From Polyangiales bacterium (GTDB lineage Bacteria > Myxococcota_A > Polyangia > Polyangiales > Polyangiaceae): 64,000 nucleotides of DNA. Made by a program: the position numbers and the translations under genes. The notes beneath the pieces were generated by a model. The model did not search any database. It saw only the letters and a list, made by a program, of their open reading frames with translations, and was not told where the DNA came from. Where the stretch lies: contig JBBRLQ010000011.1 of the NCBI GenBank assembly GCA_038231275.1, positions 32,001-96,000 of the forward strand, given 5' to 3'. Below are positions 1 to 12,529 of the stretch, in pieces. The stretch's first letter is position 1, and each line of letters begins with the position of its first letter.

Positions 1-102
1 CACGACGATGATCGGGACTGCGGTCTCGGTGAAGAGGCTGCCGAGCGCGCGCTCGATGCGCTCCGCCCAAGCGCGCCTCTCCTCTTCGCTCTGCTCGCCC
101 AC
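1..102 (-). CDS. Partial CDS (5' end only), possibly a PAS/sensor protein
   Basis: GTG at 102, 6 nt after a -10-like TACGCT; reads MGEQSEEERRAWAERIERALGSLFTETAVPIIVV off the window edge; LFxxxxVPIIVV resembles a PAS-domain start. Confidence 0.45.
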   Translation of the reverse strand, partial: MGEQSEEERRAWAERIERALGSLFTETAVPIIVV

Positions 103-126
103 GTATCGAGCGTACCACTGGGGCCG

Positions 127-504
127 CTACTTGGTCGCGCTGCTGCAGGCGGAGGGCGACGAGCAACCGCCGTTTTGCGTGCAGTCTGCACAAGTCTGCT
201 GGCACTGCTGGAGGCACTGCTGGAGTCTGCCGCCGCTCAGGTTGTCGCGGCAATTCGACGCGCACGAGCGCGCCGACGAGATGCACGAAGCAGACGGCGT
301 GCACGCGGCCGAGTCTCCTTGCCCGCCGCCGTCGCCGCCTCCGCCGTCGCGCGCGCCTGCCGCGTCGCCGCCGCCGTCGCCTCCGGGAGCGACGCCCGCG
401 TCGCCGACGATCGGATCGAAGACGTCGAAGTCGTTCGCGCAGCCGAACGCCGCCACCGAGATCGCGGCGACGAGCAGCCAACCGCCAAGACGCTCCGCCG
501 TCAA
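127..504 (-). CDS. Small Cys-rich lipoprotein
   Basis: TTG start overlaps the upstream stop (TTGA); signal peptide with AFGC lipobox; DAG/DGG linker; CxxxC-rich C-terminus. Confidence 0.7.
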   Translation of the reverse strand: MTAERLGGWLLVAAISVAAFGCANDFDVFDPIVGDAGVAPGGDGGGDAAGARDGGGGDGGGQGDSAACTPSASCISSARSCASNCRDNLSGGRLQQCLQQCQQTCADCTQNGGCSSPSACSSATK

Positions 505-1508
505 AAGACGCCTCCGATGCCGCCCGCGGTCGGCGCCAGCACGAGGCCCGTCGAGCTGGCGGGGGCTTTCTTCGGCGAGCTCACCAGAAACAGGGTGACC
601 CCGGCCGCCACGCCGATCAAGCCGATTACGAGGCCGACGTTGGCGATCGTCTGATCGCGCCGCCCCGCGTCGATGTCGTCTTGCCGCGACGGTGGGCACG
701 GTCCGCCGCGGCACGCCGTCTTCAGATCTTCGAATTTGCCGTTCGACAGGGCCCCGAAGATCGCGAACGTCGCGAGGCCGGCGACGCCGACGCCTCCTGC
801 GACGTACGAGAACGTTCGCATGCGCGCCCGGCCGGCGTCGTCGGTGGGGGCGGCCGGTGGCGCTGCGGCGACCGGCGGCGTCGTAGAGGGAGCGGCCGCG
901 GCGTCCACCGACATGGTCTTCGTCTCGCCGGCGGCGACGTCGGCACGCTGCCGTATCGGCGCGCGTCCTGGCGTATCGACGACGATCTCGGCCCCGCCCG
1001 GCTCGACCGGTACCGCCTCGGCACGGCCGCCCGGGATCTCCTCTCCCGCCACGGTGAGCTTGGTCCCAGGCTCCGCGTGCGGGACCGTCAACGTCAAGAA
1101 GCCGAGCTTGGGCGCGAGGGCCTTGCGCTCTTCGTCGGCGCTCTCCGCGGTGCGCGCGTAGCGAGGATCCTCCTGCGCGTGCTCGCGCGCCTCCACGATG
1201 GTCCGGCCGAACTCCGAGTACGCCGCCACGAGGTGACCGAGCTCGCGGTGGCATCGCGCCGTGTAGAGCCGCGCGTTGGGGCTCGCGACGATCCCGTGCG
1301 AGCCCCGGAACTCCTCGAGCGCCGCGTCGAAGCGCCCTTGCGTGTACAGCTCGCGCCCTTTGAGGAACCGCCCTTGCGCTTGCTCGCGCTGGACCGGTGT
1401 CGCACCTCCGGGATCGACTCCGTCGGCGCGCGCAGGTGCACCCGAGGCCGCGAGCGCGAGGGCCATCGCGAGCGCGGGCAGGAGGCGTCGAGGCGATCGT
1501 GCGGTCAT
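501..1508 (-). CDS. Secreted TPR/PEGA-like protein with C-terminal hydrophobic segments
   Basis: Signal peptide (ARA-D), TPR helices (GRFDAALEEF...ARCHRELG), beta-rich PEGA-like region, two hydrophobic stretches flanking a Cys pair, ends GGIGGVF. Confidence 0.8.
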   Translation of the reverse strand: MTARSPRRLLPALAMALALAASGAPARADGVDPGGATPVQREQAQGRFLKGRELYTQGRFDAALEEFRGSHGIVASPNARLYTARCHRELGHLVAAYSEFGRTIVEAREHAQEDPRYARTAESADEERKALAPKLGFLTLTVPHAEPGTKLTVAGEEIPGGRAEAVPVEPGGAEIVVDTPGRAPIRQRADVAAGETKTMSVDAAAAPSTTPPVAAAPPAAPTDDAGRARMRTFSYVAGGVGVAGLATFAIFGALSNGKFEDLKTACRGGPCPPSRQDDIDAGRRDQTIANVGLVIGLIGVAAGVTLFLVSSPKKAPASSTGLVLAPTAGGIGGVF

Positions 1509-3395
1509 TCAGATCCCCAGCGGATCGTATTGCTTCTTGGGTTTCGGCCCCGGCGGCGGCGGACGAGGCCCCGGCGGAATCACGTTCGGGGTCGGGGTCG
1601 AGGTCGGGGTCGAGGTCGGGGTCGAGGTCGGGGTCGAGGTCGGGGTCGAGGTCGTGGTCGCGGTCGGCACGACGACCGGCTCAGGCACGGCGATGTTGGT
1701 CGCCGGGGCGGTCGGAAGGGGAGGGGGTGTCGGCTCCGCGAGCGCGCTCGGCTCGGGCATCGGGTCCGTGCCCTCCGGGGTTCGCGTCAGCACGCGAACG
1801 CCGGCCGCGACGAGGAGAAGCAGCATCGCCGCGAGCACACCGAGGACGATCCTGCGGGAACGCGCCAGTCCAGCCGCGCGCGGCGGTGAGCTCTCGATCA
1901 CCTCACCGAGCTCCCTCGCCTCCGGCATCGATGGACGTCGCGTCGGCGCGGGGAACGCTGGCGTCTCTTTGCGCGACAGATCCACCGCGAGCTCGATCGC
2001 CCACTCCTGCTGCGCGATCGCCTGAACGATCTGCGGCGCCACGCGCGTCACCTCTTCGTAGTCTTCCGGGTGGGCGACGCTGACGATGGCCGGCGTCACG
2101 GCGGGCGGGGCGGTCGCGACCGCGCGCGTCGGCGGCTTCGTGAGCGGCTTGGCGCCCGGTGGCGGCGGAGGTTTTTTGGGCCGTGCCGACAGCGGCGGGG
2201 CTGCAGCGCTGCTCGCCGGCGGGGCCGCGGTCCCTACCGTCGCCTGGAGCAGCATTCCTGCGCCGATCTCCGCGGCGTCGTCGGGCGCGCGCGCCTTCGC
2301 CGGTGCGGCTTCGGGGATCGACGCGTGTCCGACCGGCGTTCCCGGGATCGCGTCGACGAGCGCGCGCGCGAGGACGTCGCTCGGAATGGCGATCGCCGGC
2401 GTTGGCAGCGCCGCCACCTTTCGAATGTGCGCAGACGGGGGCGGGGCGAGCAGCGTCCTCCGGCGCTCGCCGATGCGATCGGTCGCCAGCTCCTTGAGCG
2501 CGCCCGCCACCGCCGACTTCAACGCGAGCCTCGCGCCCGCGACCTTTCGCACCTCCGCGGCCATCTCCGCGGCCGTCGCATACCGCGCGGCCGGATCGGC
2601 CCGGAGCGCGCGCGCTGCGATCTCTGCGAGCGGCGCCGCCCACTCGTGATCGAGTGGCGCCTGCGCGAGGTCCAGCCGATCGCTGAGCTGGCGCGGCAAG
2701 ATCCGCCCGTCGCTGTCGCCCGGAAAGAGGCGCTTGCCCGCGAGCGCCTCCCACAGCATGACACCGACGCTGTACACGTCTGCCCGTTCACTCGGCTGCG
2801 CGTCCGCGTCACCAAGCCGCACCTCCGGCGCGACGTACCCGAGCGCCTCGGGCGCGTTCCGCCCACCGAGCGCGCGGCATGCGTGCGCCATTCGGGCGCC
2901 GCCATCGAGGCAGAGGAGCACGTTCGCCGGACATGCCTCGCCGTGGATCAGCCTCCCCGGCGCGCCCCGCGCATCCTTCAGCGCGTGCAGCGCGCTCAGC
3001 GCAGCGAGGACATCGACCAGGATGCGCAGGTGGAGCACGAGCTTGAGCGGCCGGCCGATCTTGACGGCCGACGCCGTCACGACGTCGTACCGCTCCGCGT
3101 CGAGAAACTCGCTGATGACGAGCACGTCTCCCGGCAGCTCCTCGACCGCGCGTACGCGCGCGACGTTCGGATGCGCGAGCGTCGCGACGAGCTTGCCGGC
3201 GCGCACGAGCCCTTCGGCAGCGTCTTCGTTCCCCTGGCGCGGGAGGCGCTCGACCACGACGAGCTCCGTCAGCCCATCCTTCCCGCGCGAATGCGCCGCA
3301 TAGGTCGGGACACGCCGCGCGCCGAGCTCGCGCACGATCGTGAAAGCTCCCAGATTGGTCCCGCCGGCGAGCACGGGCGCGCGCGTCGCGGCCAC
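1509..3395 (-). CDS. Membrane Ser/Thr kinase-fold protein with degenerate catalytic motifs (pseudokinase)
   Basis: [21 protein letters not shown] retained; VAIK is VVVE, HRD is HGE, DFG is AHA; TM helix, Pro/Thr stalk, tail YDPLGI; GTG 6 nt after TATGAT. Confidence 0.8.
   Translation of the reverse strand: MAATRAPVLAGGTNLGAFTIVRELGARRVPTYAAHSRGKDGLTELVVVERLPRQGNEDAAEGLVRAGKLVATLAHPNVARVRAVEELPGDVLVISEFLDAERYDVVTASAVKIGRPLKLVLHLRILVDVLAALSALHALKDARGAPGRLIHGEACPANVLLCLDGGARMAHACRALGGRNAPEALGYVAPEVRLGDADAQPSERADVYSVGVMLWEALAGKRLFPGDSDGRILPRQLSDRLDLAQAPLDHEWAAPLAEIAARALRADPAARYATAAEMAAEVRKVAGARLALKSAVAGALKELATDRIGERRRTLLAPPPSAHIRKVAALPTPAIAIPSDVLARALVDAIPGTPVGHASIPEAAPAKARAPDDAAEIGAGMLLQATVGTAAPPASSAAAPPLSARPKKPPPPPGAKPLTKPPTRAVATAPPAVTPAIVSVAHPEDYEEVTRVAPQIVQAIAQQEWAIELAVDLSRKETPAFPAPTRRPSMPEARELGEVIESSPPRAAGLARSRRIVLGVLAAMLLLLVAAGVRVLTRTPEGTDPMPEPSALAEPTPPPLPTAPATNIAVPEPVVVPTATTTSTPTSTPTSTPTSTPTSTPTPNVIPPGPRPPPPGPKPKKQYDPLGI
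1594..1653. repeat. 12-bp tandem repeat (GGGGTCGAGGTC)x5 encoding TSTP units
   Basis: Directly visible; lies in the stalk of the 1509-3395 CDS. Confidence 0.95.
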
Positions 3396-3451
3396 GGGGG
3401 GATCATACGATCCTCGAGCGTTCGACACGAGGTGGGTTACGTACCTACGTC

Positions 3452-4531
3452 TCACTTCACGGGAAAGAGCTGCCGCTTCTGCCACGCGGGGAGGCCCCGC
3501 ATGTCCGCCCAGACCTCGCGCGGCGACGTGTAGCGAAACGCCTCTCGCCGCCGAAGCATCTTCGCGATGAGCGCGCCGAGCGGCGTCCCGATCGCCTCCG
3601 CCCGCCGCCGCGGCTCGCCCTCGGAGACTTGCTTCGTGAGCTCGGCGTACTGGAGATCTTTGTCGATCGCCGGACTGCCCACGAGCATCCAGTAGAGGAG
3701 CAGCCCCGCCTGGTAGAGATCGCTCTGCTTGGTCGTGTAGCCGGTCGCGAGGATCTCCGGCGCCATGATCACGTGGTGCACGACGTTCGGCCGGATCGCC
3801 GCCATCCCGCGCAGCTCGTGGCTGATCCCGAAGTCGGAGATCTTCACCACCGGCCGATCGTGATGCGTGATGAGCACGTTGCCGGGGTGCAGATCGTCGT
3901 GCACGACGTCGTTGTCGTGCAAAAATTGGATGGCGGCGAGCAGCTGGCGCGCGAGCTCCAGGACGAGCCCCTCTTGCATGGGCGTGCCGAGCATCGCGGT
4001 CAGCGGGTGATCGCAGCGCTCGAGCGCCAGGTAAAAGAGGTGGTTTTGCTCGAAGGCGTCGTGGATGTAGACGACGTTCGGGTGGCGCAGGCTCATGAGC
4101 CGCTGCACCTCGCGCGCCCACTCGCCGTACACCTCTTGGTACGGGCGGTTCGACGGTCGCATCATCTTCATCGCGTAGACCTGATCGAACGGTCCCACCG
4201 TCTCGTAGACGGCGCCGAATTCGCCAGCGCCGAGGACGTCGCGCACGACGTAGCTCCCTTTGGGCGACGACAGGGTGCTCCCGACCTGCGGATACTGGAC
4301 GGTGATGACCTGCGTCTGCGCCCCGGGCGCCACGAACTGCGGGCCCGTCGGCACGCGCGTCGACGGGTAGCCGGTCGACATCGGCGGCGTTCGCTGCGAC
4401 GCGGGCGCGCTCGACGGCGCGGGCGGAACGAGCGGCGAAGGGGCGGGCGCCGGCACGGGCGCGGGAGGCGATGCGGCGGGGATGACCTGCGTCTGAACGC
4501 GCTCACGGTAGTTCGGAGGACGCTCGGTCAC
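3452..4531 (-). CDS. Cytoplasmic Ser/Thr protein kinase
   Basis: [38 protein letters not shown]; no TM; GTG 6 nt after TACAGT. Confidence 0.85.
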   Translation of the reverse strand: MTERPPNYRERVQTQVIPAASPPAPVPAPAPSPLVPPAPSSAPASQRTPPMSTGYPSTRVPTGPQFVAPGAQTQVITVQYPQVGSTLSSPKGSYVVRDVLGAGEFGAVYETVGPFDQVYAMKMMRPSNRPYQEVYGEWAREVQRLMSLRHPNVVYIHDAFEQNHLFYLALERCDHPLTAMLGTPMQEGLVLELARQLLAAIQFLHDNDVVHDDLHPGNVLITHHDRPVVKISDFGISHELRGMAAIRPNVVHHVIMAPEILATGYTTKQSDLYQAGLLLYWMLVGSPAIDKDLQYAELTKQVSEGEPRRRAEAIGTPLGALIAKMLRRREAFRYTSPREVWADMRGLPAWQKRQLFPVK

Positions 4532-4594
4532 GCTGGAACTGTACCGCAAAGATCCCTTCGGCCCACGCGAAAGGACATATCCTCGCGACCTAGC

Positions 4595-7345
<2,751 letters not shown>

Positions 7346-7355
7346 TGTCCGAGAG

Positions 7356-9524
7356 CTACCTAGGCGTGGGCCTCGCGCAGCGGCCGTTGATGCAGTCGAA
7401 GCCGAGCGGCTGATCGCAGCAGTCGCTCGCCTTCGTGCACTTCTCGTCCTCGTGCGCGCAGGTCGGGGGCGGCGTGACGCACACGAACGCGCCGGCGCCG
7501 CCGTCACTCGTGTCTTGCCGGCAGAAGCCGCTGCAGCAATCGCTCCCCGACGCGCATCCGTTGCCGTTCTGCCGGCACGGCTCGAGGGCCCAGAATCCGC
7601 GAAGGTTTCCTGACGCGAGCTCTTGCCCCTCGAGGAAGAAGGCAGGGTGGCTCGGATCGGCGTTGGCCGGCGCGTTGATGTCGATCGCCGCGACCCAGAG
7701 CTTCTTTCGGACGGAGTCCGACGGATCGGGATCGGTGATCGTGTTGCCGAACTTGCGCCGGCTCGTGAAGACGACCCAGTAGTAGCCGCCCTCTGCGACG
7801 GGAAGGACCGTCGGCTCGTAGTTCATGAAGATTTCGCCGGGATCCTGCAGGTACACCTTCCCGCCGAGGACGCCATTCAGGACCTTGAGCTTGGTGGCGC
7901 TCTTCGCCGCGACGTCGGCGACGAGAAGCTCGCCGGAGCCGCCGCGCCACGTCGCGTAGTCGTCGCGATCGCCGACCATGTAGACGAACTGCTTGCCGTC
8001 GGGCAGAAACGACGGCCACCCGAACGTGACGGAGTTGTCGGAGACGACGAGCGAGAGGTTCGAGAACGTGTGCGTCGGCTGGTCGAAGTCGAGCACGCTG
8101 AGGCCGGTGCCCTTGCTCTGCTCGTAGTGCATGAACGCCACGCGCTTGCCGTCCGGTGAGAACGCCGGCATGAGCGCCTTCTTAACGGCGCCGCCGAGGA
8201 TCTGCGGCTCGATGACGGTGCCGGTCTTCGTGTCGAAGAGCTTCGTGTCCAGATCGTGCGTCATGCTGACGACGTTCGGGCCGAACTCGCCGTTCGCGGG
8301 CGGTCCACCGGCCTCGGCGTCAGGCCCGGCGTCGAGCGCCGACGCGCCGCACGAGAGGAGGTACTTGCCGTCGGGCGTGAGCGCCCCGAACGCGTACGTG
8401 TTGTCGGGCTGCTGGCTCACGGGCGCCGACGGAGCGCTCGCGTCGTTCGAGATCGCGTAGACCGCGTCGTATTTGTGGCCGGCCGACGCGGTCATCGTGG
8501 TGCCGTCCGCGCTGATCGTGTGGCACACCGTGCAGCTCCCGCGCGCGGCGCCGCCGATGAGCACCTCGGGCACGCTCGCCCCAGGCTTGATGCGCATGAC
8601 CGCGCCTTGATCGTTGTTGCCACCGTCGGCGCCGCCGTCGCCTTGCGCGAGCGGCGAGTCGTACGTGTTGTAGTAGACGATGCCCTTGAGGCTCCCTTGC
8701 GCGACCGTCCATGACTCGGCGATGGGTCCGGTGATGAGCAGCGCGCCGCCTGCGCCTCCCGTGGAGGCCTTCGTGATCTCGACCTTCACCGGATCGCTGG
8801 CCTGCGCGCTCTGCGTCACGGTGGCCCAAAGAGCGGGCGTCCACGCGACGCGCAGCGGGCTATTGCCCGCGTAGAAGCCCTCGTACGAGAGGAGCTTGCT
8901 CGTGATCTTCACGTAGTACGCCGTCGCGGCGACGCCCTTGAACTGGAGCGTCGGCGGCATGAGGCCGCGCGGGAAGACGGTCTGATCGTAGGGATAGAGC
9001 CACGCGAACGTGCCGTCGGCGGTGCCGCCGCCTTTGAGCTGCCCTTGCGTTCCGGGATCGACGCCGCCGGGGTTGTCGCTGAGGTGCAGCTTGACGGTGA
9101 GCGTCGTCTGCCCCTTCACGTGACCCGCGCTCTCGGCGAACACCGTCACGACGCCTGCCGTTTGCGCGTTCGCGGTGAAGACGCCCGCGCCGTCGATCCT
9201 GCCGGCGAGCGCGCTGTCGAGGTTCCACGTCACCGGCACCGGCGAGCCGTCCAGGAGCGCCGTGAATTTCACAGTCGCGCCGGCGGCGCTGACGTCGAGC
9301 GTCGAGTCGGCGGGCTGAATGGTGAGCTTGCGGCCCGGCCCGTCCTCGAACGAGGCGTCGGCGAACGGCGGCGTCGTGCCTCCCTCGCCGATGGGGATCG
9401 ACGCGTCCTCGTTCACGAAGGCGGCGCCCGCGCCCATCGGGTCGCCGCACGCCGCGGCGATCGCGCCGCCGGCCGAAGCACAGATGAGGAGGAGACCGAA
9501 CGCGCGCGTCTTGGTCTTAGGCAT
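7356..9524 (-). CDS. Lipoprotein with Ig-like region, TolB/PD40-like beta-propeller and Cys-rich C-terminus
   Basis: AAAC lipobox; PAFSPDG, PSFLPDG, LTPDG repeats; CTVCH motif; two C-x6-C-x5-CC units at the end. Confidence 0.8.
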   Translation of the reverse strand: MPKTKTRAFGLLLICASAGGAIAAACGDPMGAGAAFVNEDASIPIGEGGTTPPFADASFEDGPGRKLTIQPADSTLDVSAAGATVKFTALLDGSPVPVTWNLDSALAGRIDGAGVFTANAQTAGVVTVFAESAGHVKGQTTLTVKLHLSDNPGGVDPGTQGQLKGGGTADGTFAWLYPYDQTVFPRGLMPPTLQFKGVAATAYYVKITSKLLSYEGFYAGNSPLRVAWTPALWATVTQSAQASDPVKVEITKASTGGAGGALLITGPIAESWTVAQGSLKGIVYYNTYDSPLAQGDGGADGGNNDQGAVMRIKPGASVPEVLIGGAARGSCTVCHTISADGTTMTASAGHKYDAVYAISNDASAPSAPVSQQPDNTYAFGALTPDGKYLLSCGASALDAGPDAEAGGPPANGEFGPNVVSMTHDLDTKLFDTKTGTVIEPQILGGAVKKALMPAFSPDGKRVAFMHYEQSKGTGLSVLDFDQPTHTFSNLSLVVSDNSVTFGWPSFLPDGKQFVYMVGDRDDYATWRGGSGELLVADVAAKSATKLKVLNGVLGGKVYLQDPGEIFMNYEPTVLPVAEGGYYWVVFTSRRKFGNTITDPDPSDSVRKKLWVAAIDINAPANADPSHPAFFLEGQELASGNLRGFWALEPCRQNGNGCASGSDCCSGFCRQDTSDGGAGAFVCVTPPPTCAHEDEKCTKASDCCDQPLGFDCINGRCARPTPR

Positions 9525-9793
9525 GGGGAAGTCCAAATCCAACGAAGAGAGGTTGAGAAAGGGCGCTGACACGCAGGGGGGCCCATGGCCGCGCACCAGC
9601 GTCATACGCAGCTCCCGAGGTGCAACTCCCCGCGCAGGCGTTCAGGCAAACACGCTCGTCTGGATCGTGCGCGCACCAGCTCCAGCGGATCTCGACGTGC
9701 TCCTCCCGAGGGAAGTGCCGGTCTTGAGAGCGGAATTCATTCAAGAATCAAATGCCCTACATGTAGGCTCAGAACTTGTATGGCTCGAATCCC

Positions 9794-9970
9794 ATGCCCT
9801 TGGAAATTCCGAACTACGACAGCATCGTGGGTCGCGCGGTGCGTCCCATCGCCGAGGATCCGGTCCCGGCCAGTCTCCCTTCGAGGACACGCGAGATCGA
9901 CGATGGGTGGGATCTGAACCACGTCGAGCTCGACCTCGACGAGCTCGAGGAGTGCCTCTCGCGCCCCTGA
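9794..9970 (+). CDS. Small acidic hypothetical protein (58 aa)
   Basis: ATG ORF filling an otherwise empty gap; protein-like composition (DDGWDLNHVELDLDELEECLSRP). Confidence 0.45.
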   Translation: MPLEIPNYDSIVGRAVRPIAEDPVPASLPSRTREIDDGWDLNHVELDLDELEECLSRP

Positions 9971-10040
9971 CACGCGCCGCTCCGTTTGCGTAGCCACCGA
10001 TGCGTTTGCGTCCGCGCCGTTCGTGCGCGACAACCAGCGC

Positions 10041-10865
10041 GTGACGAGCCTGAGCCCCCGCCCGATTCGCTGGACGAGCCGGCTCCTCGCGATCCTGTCG
10101 ATCGTGAGCCTGTCGGCGTGCATCCTCCTCGTCGACACCGGCACCGATCTCGGCGGCACCTGCCACATCCGCGGCGAAGCGACCGCGTGCGGCGCGTGCC
10201 TCTCGACCAAATGCCGCGCCGAGCTCGACGCATGCTGCGGCGACGGCACCTGCGCCATCCTCCTCAATACCTTGGACTCCTGCGTCGCGGATTTTTCGCA
10301 GCCCACCTGCACGCTCTTCTCGACGAAGCTGCCGGTAGCGACGACCACCACCGATCGCCTCCGCTCATGCGCGGCCGACTGCGCCCCGATCTGCGACGCG
10401 ACCCACGGCGGATCGTCGGGCAGCTCCGGCGCCTCTGGAGGCGGCCCGTACGTGACCGGGTGCTCCAGCTTCATCGCCAGCGAGTGCGACTGCTCCGGCG
10501 ATCTCGCCGCCAACGGCACCACGTGCAGCAGCGACTCGATCGGCGCCGGCGTGTGCTGCGCCGACTACGGATGGCCGAACAAGGGTCTCAGCTGCTCGTG
10601 CAAGGCGTACCGCTGCAAGGCCACCGGCGCCGACTCGTGCACGTGCGGCACCTCCGTGAGCGGCCCCGATTCGACGTGCAACGGGACCCACTGCTGTATC
10701 TTCGAGGGCTGGTGCGACTGCAGCGCGAAGGCGTGCGACACCTCGTCGAAGCCGGTCGCGTCGTGCACGAAGGCCACCGCGACGTGCCCGAGCGGTCGCG
10801 CGGTGACCTCGTGCTCTCTCAGGCCCGGCGAGACGCTCCCGCCCCTCGACGGCGGCCCGGGCTGA
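10041..10865 (+). CDS. Cys-rich lipoprotein
   Basis: LSAC lipobox; two Cys-rich domains joined by a GSSG linker; start could be 10023. Confidence 0.8.
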   Translation: MTSLSPRPIRWTSRLLAILSIVSLSACILLVDTGTDLGGTCHIRGEATACGACLSTKCRAELDACCGDGTCAILLNTLDSCVADFSQPTCTLFSTKLPVATTTTDRLRSCAADCAPICDATHGGSSGSSGASGGGPYVTGCSSFIASECDCSGDLAANGTTCSSDSIGAGVCCADYGWPNKGLSCSCKAYRCKATGADSCTCGTSVSGPDSTCNGTHCCIFEGWCDCSAKACDTSSKPVASCTKATATCPSGRAVTSCSLRPGETLPPLDGGPG

Positions 10866-10869
10866 CGCC

Positions 10870-12462
10870 CTACTTCATCAGCTCCTGCTCGACGAGCTGG
10901 ATCTCCGCGGCCGAGAGATCGCGGAAGCGCGCGGGCGGCATGTGATCGCAGTCGGTTGCCGGGAGCTTGATGCGCCGAATCGCCTCGCCCTTCTCCTGCG
11001 GGCTCATCGCGGTCGCGAGCGTCTGCACGTTGAAGCGCGCGCGCGTCGTCGTCTGATCGAGCTGCGTGTTGTGGCACTGCTGGCACATTTGCGTGAGCAG
11101 CCCCTTGCCGTCGAGGCCCGGCGCGGCGTGGAACGTCATGTCGCTCATCGCCGCGTCGAGGAACGTGTCGCGGATGTCCGGCAGCTGCGACGCGGGTAGC
11201 GTGCCCTTCACGAACGCCTGGTACGCGTTCGTCGCGTACGCGAGCTTCTGCGGATCGGTCGTCTTGAAGTCGTGGTACGGCACCGGGATCACCTGCGCCG
11301 CCTCGCTCTTGGCATACTGCGTGCGCCACGTCGCGCTGACGCCGGGCGGCACGTTGGTCATCGGCTGATAGGAGCTCGACGCAATGACCTCGTTCATGAC
11401 CGTCTTGGTTTGGAGCTCGTTCGGCTGCGCGATGAAGCCGTTGTTCTCCACGAACGCCTCGAGCACCGGCGGTGCGGCCTGATCGAGCAGGTTCGCCGGG
11501 ATGCCCGCGTACGCCTCGGCGTTGCCGTGCGCCGCGTGGAAGTCGTTCCGTAGGTACAGGTTGCCCTGCGGCTCGTTGAAGATGAAGTGGATCCACGGAA
11601 ACTGGAGCTCCTGCATCCGGAGCAGCTTCGGCGTGCCGGGGCCCGCGGGTTGGTGGCACTGCAGGCAGTCGACGACGGTGTCCTTGATGTCGACGTCTTG
11701 GTAGAGCGTGTAGCTCGCGAAGTTGGACTCGACGGCGGGCGTGAGGAGATCGCCAGGCGTGCAGCCGTTGGGAGAGGCATCGCACGCGAGCGTGTAGCGG
11801 AAGAGAAAGAAGTTGATGTCGCCTTTCACCGGATCTTTGCTCACGAGCTCGACCTCGCGCTCGACGCGCGCAAATCCCATCGCGACGTAGTTGGCGTTCG
11901 GTTTGAACGGTGCCGCCTGGCGCCCGCGGCCGTTGGGCGCGGTGAAGACGAGCGCGCGCGGGTTCAAGACGGTCGTGTGGCGCGTCACGAGCGACGTCGA
12001 GTGACTCGTCATCGCGAAGCCCGGGTTCCCGTTGGTTCCGTTGGTGGTGACGCCCGGCTTGAAGTCGAGGCCCAGGAGCTTCTGGAGCTCGACGACGCTC
12101 GTGATCGCTGGCGGCGCGCTGCCGGCGCAGAACGCCTTGGAGACGAGATCGCCGTTGCCGCGCGCGCACAGCGCTTGCCACTGCGCGGTGCCCGTTGGCA
12201 GGTACCTGAGCTCGTCGGTCGTGCACGCCGTCGGGACGGGCGGAGGAGGGGGCGCGGTCCACGCATCGGCACCTGCGCCCGCATCGGCTGAGGGATCGGG
12301 AGCGCCGGGGTCGGCCGCGGGCGGGGGAGTCGCGCCGTTCGGTCCGCCGCCGATCACGTTGGTGGAGTCGGCTCCGCCGCACGCGTTCACGACGAACGCG
12401 GCGAGCACGAGGCCTAGCGCGGTGCGAACGACCATCGTCGGGCTTCCGTGGAGTGCGAGCAT
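10870..12462 (-). CDS. Lipoprotein with two CxxCH haem-c motifs
   Basis: VNAC lipobox; CLQCH and CQQCH; C-terminal HMPP; alternative start at 12435. Confidence 0.75.
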   Translation of the reverse strand: MLALHGSPTMVVRTALGLVLAAFVVNACGGADSTNVIGGGPNGATPPPAADPGAPDPSADAGAGADAWTAPPPPPVPTACTTDELRYLPTGTAQWQALCARGNGDLVSKAFCAGSAPPAITSVVELQKLLGLDFKPGVTTNGTNGNPGFAMTSHSTSLVTRHTTVLNPRALVFTAPNGRGRQAAPFKPNANYVAMGFARVEREVELVSKDPVKGDINFFLFRYTLACDASPNGCTPGDLLTPAVESNFASYTLYQDVDIKDTVVDCLQCHQPAGPGTPKLLRMQELQFPWIHFIFNEPQGNLYLRNDFHAAHGNAEAYAGIPANLLDQAAPPVLEAFVENNGFIAQPNELQTKTVMNEVIASSSYQPMTNVPPGVSATWRTQYAKSEAAQVIPVPYHDFKTTDPQKLAYATNAYQAFVKGTLPASQLPDIRDTFLDAAMSDMTFHAAPGLDGKGLLTQMCQQCHNTQLDQTTTRARFNVQTLATAMSPQEKGEAIRRIKLPATDCDHMPPARFRDLSAAEIQLVEQELMK

Positions 12463-12474
12463 GGCGACGTCTTG

Positions 12475-12490
12475 AGCAAGCGCCGGGCCG
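12475..12490 (-). promoter_or_regulatory. Sigma54 (-24/-12) promoter
   Basis: Minus strand CGGCCCGGCGCTTGCT = GG-N10-GC with TTGCT, just upstream of the 12462 CDS. Confidence 0.65.
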
Positions 12491-12529
12491 ACGCGAAATC
12501 CGCGTAAAAATCCGTTTCGAAGCAACGTC

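Noticed and set aside
3629..4594. Long N-terminal extensions in the ORF track (3629 for the glucosidase, 4121, 5587, 13467, 37147)
   Set aside because: They overlap neighbouring real genes; downstream starts fit signal peptides, RBS or -10 motifs better
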